From: an uncultured Verrucomicrobiota bacterium
Lineage (GTDB): Bacteria > Verrucomicrobiota > Kiritimatiellia > CAIQIC01 > Lenti-01
Assembly (NCBI GenBank): GCA_964567795.1
Contig: CAZMOR010000323.1
Span: 1 to 46,830 of the forward strand
Length of the DNA: 46,830 nucleotides
Direction: 5' to 3'
Shown in pieces: positions 43,992 through 46,830 of the stretch. The notes beneath the pieces were generated by a model that was not told where the DNA came from, did not search any database, and saw only the letters and a list, made by a program, of their open reading frames with translations. Every line of letters starts with the position of its first letter. The first letter of the stretch is position 1. Both the position numbers and the translations under genes were made by a program.

Positions 43992-45319
43992 CATTGAAGG
44001 ACCGGCTGGGCGGTTTACGGGAATTCGTGCAGCATGCGCTCGGGGCGCTGCCGGGCGACGAGCGCGGCGGCAGCCTGCCGGCGCGCATCATCCGCGTGGG
44101 GCACATGCTGTTCCGCGGGTACGTGGACGACGATCTGACGATCCATGCGTCGTCGCTGACGTTCGTGACGCTGACGTCGCTGGTGCCGATCCTGGCGGTC
44201 GGGTTGGCGCTCTACAAGGGCCTCGGCATGGGCGACGAACAGCTGGCTTCGATTTCCCGGATGGAATGGTTCGCGCAGATGCCCGCGCAATGGCAGGAAT
44301 TCGTGCAGAAGGTCCTCGACATCGTCAACGCCACCAACTTCTCGGCTTTGGGCGGAATCGGGCTGGCGTTCTTCGTGCTGACGGCGGTGCTGCTGCTGGC
44401 GAACGTGGAGAAAAGCTTCAACCGGGTCTGGGGCGTGGACAAGAACCGGAGCCTGCTGCGGCAGATCACGAACTACACGAGCGTGCTGGTGCTGGTGCCG
44501 CTGCTGATCGGCGTGGCCGGGGCGCTGAAGGCGCAGATCGCGTTCAAGGAGCAGTTCCTGGGCATCGACACCAATGCCTGGACGCAGAATTTGGCGGCGT
44601 TCGGCATCCTGTGGCTGGCCATCGGTTTCTTGTACATGTTCGTGCCGAACACGCGGGTGCGGCTGCGGCCGGCGTTCCTGAGCAGCCTGCTGACAACGGC
44701 GATCTTCCTCGGCTGGATCCGGATGTTCACCGTGCTGCAGGCGGGAGTGACGAACTACAACCGCATCTACGGGGCGTTTGCGGCCGTGCCGGTGTTCCTG
44801 CTGTGGATGTACGTGACATGGGTGATCCTGCTGCTGGGCGCGGAATTCGCCTTCGCGCTGCAGAACTCGGACACCTACCGGCTGGAAGGCGCGGCGGACA
44901 CGGCCAGCATGCGCGCGCGCATCCTGGTGGCGCTGATGATCCTGCGGCGGGCGGGGCGGGCGATGGAAGGCGGCAAGGGCCCCTTCGACGCGGCGGCCTT
45001 TGCCCGCCAGAACAAGGCGCCGATCCGTTTGATCAACTCGGTCGTGGCGGTGCTGGTCAAGCGCGGCTACCTGGCGCAGGTGGCCAGCCGCGACGCGGGG
45101 TATGTCCTGATGCGCTCGGCGGAGGCGATCCGGATCCGCGACCTGGTGTCGGAACTGATGCACGAAGGCGGGGGGCACGCCGAAATCGAAAGCGTGCTGA
45201 GGCTGGACGAGCCGCTCAAGGAGACGCTGGGGAAGATCGAAAAGGGCGTGGCCCAGGGCTTCGGGGACTTGACGCTGGCGGACATGGTTGTGGCGGCCGT
45301 GCCGGAGAAGATGGCGTAA
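43988..45319 (+). CDS. YihY/BrkB (virulence factor BrkB / former RNase BN) family membrane protein with C-terminal soluble extension
   Basis: HASSLTFVTLTSLVPILAV and YGAFAAVPVFLLWMYVTWVILLLGAEFAFA are present. ATGA overlap with the upstream stop at 43988. Confidence 0.8.
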   Translation: MTLKDRLGGLREFVQHALGALPGDERGGSLPARIIRVGHMLFRGYVDDDLTIHASSLTFVTLTSLVPILAVGLALYKGLGMGDEQLASISRMEWFAQMPAQWQEFVQKVLDIVNATNFSALGGIGLAFFVLTAVLLLANVEKSFNRVWGVDKNRSLLRQITNYTSVLVLVPLLIGVAGALKAQIAFKEQFLGIDTNAWTQNLAAFGILWLAIGFLYMFVPNTRVRLRPAFLSSLLTTAIFLGWIRMFTVLQAGVTNYNRIYGAFAAVPVFLLWMYVTWVILLLGAEFAFALQNSDTYRLEGAADTASMRARILVALMILRRAGRAMEGGKGPFDAAAFARQNKAPIRLINSVVAVLVKRGYLAQVASRDAGYVLMRSAEAIRIRDLVSELMHEGGGHAEIESVLRLDEPLKETLGKIEKGVAQGFGDLTLADMVVAAVPEKMA

Positions 45320-45325
45320 GCAGTC

Positions 45326-46830
45326 ATGGCCTTTGATCCCGCCCAGCACCTCAATGCGGAGCAGTTGCGCGCCGTGACGGCGCCCGACGGGCCGGTGCTG
45401 GTCATTGCGGCGGCGGGGACGGGCAAGACGCGGACGCTGACGCACCGGGTGGCGTGGCTGGCGCTGGAAAAGGGGATCGATCCGCGGCGGATGCTGCTGC
45501 TGACCTTCACGAACCGCGCGGCGCGGGAGATGCTGGAGCGGGCGGCGCACCTGATCGGCGGGGACGTTGGCGGGATGTGGGGCGGCACGTTCCACCATGC
45601 GGCGAACCGGATGCTGCGGCGGCATGCTTCGCGGCTGGGCTACGGGGCCGACTACACGATCCTGGACGAGGACGATTCCACGCGGCTGCTGAAGGCGTGC
45701 ATCGCGGAGCTGGGGCTGAAGGACAAGAAATTCCCGAAAGCGGAGGTGCTCGGCAGCGTGTTCGGGCTGGCGGCGAACCGCGGCGCGGACGTCGCCGAGA
45801 CGGTGCACGAGCATTTCGAGGAGCACGCGGTGGACATGGCCGGCGTGCTGAAGGTCCACGCGCTCTACGAGCAGCGCAAGCGCGGGCTCAACGCGATGGA
45901 TTTCGACGATCTGCTGGTCAACGGCCTGAAGCTGCTGCAGGAGCATCCGGACGTGGCGGCGCTCTACCAGGAGCGGATGCTGCACGTGCTGGTGGACGAA
46001 TACCAGGACACGAACAAGCTGCAATGCGATTTCGTGGATCTGATCGCGGCGCAGCACCGCAACCTGCTGGCGGTGGGGGACGATTTCCAGAGCATCTACT
46101 CGTGGCGCGGGGCGGAGGTGCAGAACATCCTGTCGTTCGAGCAGCGGCATCCGGGGGCGCTGGTCATCAAGCTGGAGGAGAACTACCGCAGCACGCCGGG
46201 GATCCTGGACGTGGCGAACCAGGTCATCGCGGGGAATCCGGAGCAGTACCAGAAGGTGCTGCGGGCGACGCGCACGGCGGAGGTGCGGCCCGTGCTGGCG
46301 AAGTTGACGGACGGCGGGCACCAGGCGCGCTACGTGGTGGAGAAGGTGCGGCGGCTGCTGGAGTCGGGGGAGGTCGAGCCGGGGCAGGTCGCGGTGCTGT
46401 ATCGCTCGCACTACCACTCGATGGAACTGCAGCTGGAGCTGGCGCGGGCGCGGCTGGACTACGTGCTGATGAGCGGCGTGCGGTTCTTCGAGCAGGCGCA
46501 CGTCAAGGACGCATGCACGCTGCTGCGCCTGGCGGCGAATCCGGCCGACAGCCTGGCCTTTGCGCGCTTGATGGAGCTGCTGCCGAAGGTGGGACCGAAG
46601 AAGGCGCAGACGATGTGGACGGCGCTGGGCGCGCACCTGAACCTGCGCGATTCAGCCAAGCGCGCCCAGCTGGCGGGCCTGCTGCCGAAAGAGGCGCAGC
46701 CGCTGTGGCAGGGCATCGCGGACCGGGTCTTCCCGCCCGGCGAGGAAGACGGGCGGGTGCTCGACCGGCCCGACGAACTGGTTTTCCGGTTCACGGAGGC
46801 GTTCTACGGCGACTACGCCGAGGACACGTT
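45326..46830 (+). CDS. UvrD/PcrA/Rep-family ATP-dependent DNA helicase (3-prime partial)
   Basis: This gene is not in the ORF track because it runs off the window. My translation from the ATG at 45326 gives MAFDPAQHLNAEQLRAVTAPDGPVLVIAAAGTGKTRTLTHRVAWL (motif I). Later motifs are VLVDEYQDTN, GDDFQSIYSWRGA and ENYRSTPGILDVAN. Confidence 0.9.
   Translation, partial: MAFDPAQHLNAEQLRAVTAPDGPVLVIAAAGTGKTRTLTHRVAWLALEKGIDPRRMLLLTFTNRAAREMLERAAHLIGGDVGGMWGGTFHHAANRMLRRHASRLGYGADYTILDEDDSTRLLKACIAELGLKDKKFPKAEVLGSVFGLAANRGADVAETVHEHFEEHAVDMAGVLKVHALYEQRKRGLNAMDFDDLLVNGLKLLQEHPDVAALYQERMLHVLVDEYQDTNKLQCDFVDLIAAQHRNLLAVGDDFQSIYSWRGAEVQNILSFEQRHPGALVIKLEENYRSTPGILDVANQVIAGNPEQYQKVLRATRTAEVRPVLAKLTDGGHQARYVVEKVRRLLESGEVEPGQVAVLYRSHYHSMELQLELARARLDYVLMSGVRFFEQAHVKDACTLLRLAANPADSLAFARLMELLPKVGPKKAQTMWTALGAHLNLRDSAKRAQLAGLLPKEAQPLWQGIADRVFPPGEEDGRVLDRPDELVFRFTEAFYGDYAEDT

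Noticed and set aside
41207-46636. Very long minus-strand ORFs (41207-42886, 42537-43994 and 44015-46636, up to 873 aa) opposite mnmA, the AI-2E transporter, yihY and the helicase
   Set aside because: Their translations are dominated by Arg/Pro/His/Gln/Ala runs with no recognisable motifs. The + strand frames carry unambiguous family signatures. These are antisense shadows in GC-rich DNA. The same applies to 2223-3731 (-), 4305-5543 (-), 16067-17368 (-) and 29640-30989 (-), among others.
1-46830. Mobile elements, prophage, tRNA/rRNA, toxin-antitoxin or defence systems
   Set aside because: I recognised no integrase, transposase or recombinase motifs, no terminal inverted repeats flanking the island and no tRNA-like cloverleaf candidates. 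The only compositional outlier is the S26 peptidase gene, which is reported as a finding.

Overview
All calls come from reading the sequence and recognising motifs. No searches were run, so family names are recognitions, not database hits. This is a high-G+C segment (about 60-65% by eye) from a diderm bacterium, since an outer-membrane barrel and Wza are encoded. The taxon cannot be determined from the window.

Layout:
1. 3-9080: the last 9 kb of a giant secreted repeat protein, open at the window edge. It has DUF11-like, SdrD-B/Cna-B-like and GEVED modules and ends in a gingipain-type peptidase C25 domain.
2. 9086-12063: a compact RiPP-like cassette. It encodes a PqqD-family (RRE) protein, a radical SAM enzyme with a SPASM/twitch-like tail, a 60-aa peptide and an HprK-like P-loop kinase. 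These four ORFs are chained by ATGA/GTGA start-stop overlaps. A convergent, visibly lower-GC, ER-type (Ser/His) S26 signal-peptidase-like gene follows. This cassette is my best candidate for an undescribed system.
3. 12020-39967: a ~28-kb glycan locus. It starts with a FecR-like/GH-like fusion, an OM barrel, Wza, Wzc, a Wzy_C-type ligase/polymerase and the Wzm/Wzt ABC exporter. It continues with a DUF288/STELLO-like protein, six GT2, four GT4, a SAM methyltransferase, two hexapeptide acetyltransferases, a second Wzy-like membrane protein, a WecA/MraY-type initiating transferase with an extra C-terminal module, and an acyltransferase-3. Nearly all are on the + strand and coupled by 4-8 nt overlaps. 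One second radical SAM/SPASM gene (27676-28713) sits antisense in the middle.
4. 39986-41089 (-): an NTP_transf_5-like nucleotidyltransferase.
5. 41224-41326: a dense array of TTTTCCACA (DnaA-box-like) 9-mers arranged as four phased palindromes.
6. 41405-46830: housekeeping genes mnmA, an AI-2E-family transporter with an insertion, a YihY/BrkB-family protein, and a 3-prime-truncated UvrD/PcrA-like helicase.

No rRNA, tRNA, CRISPR, transposase or integrase was recognised. Many long ORFs in the supplied track are antisense or out-of-frame artefacts of high GC.
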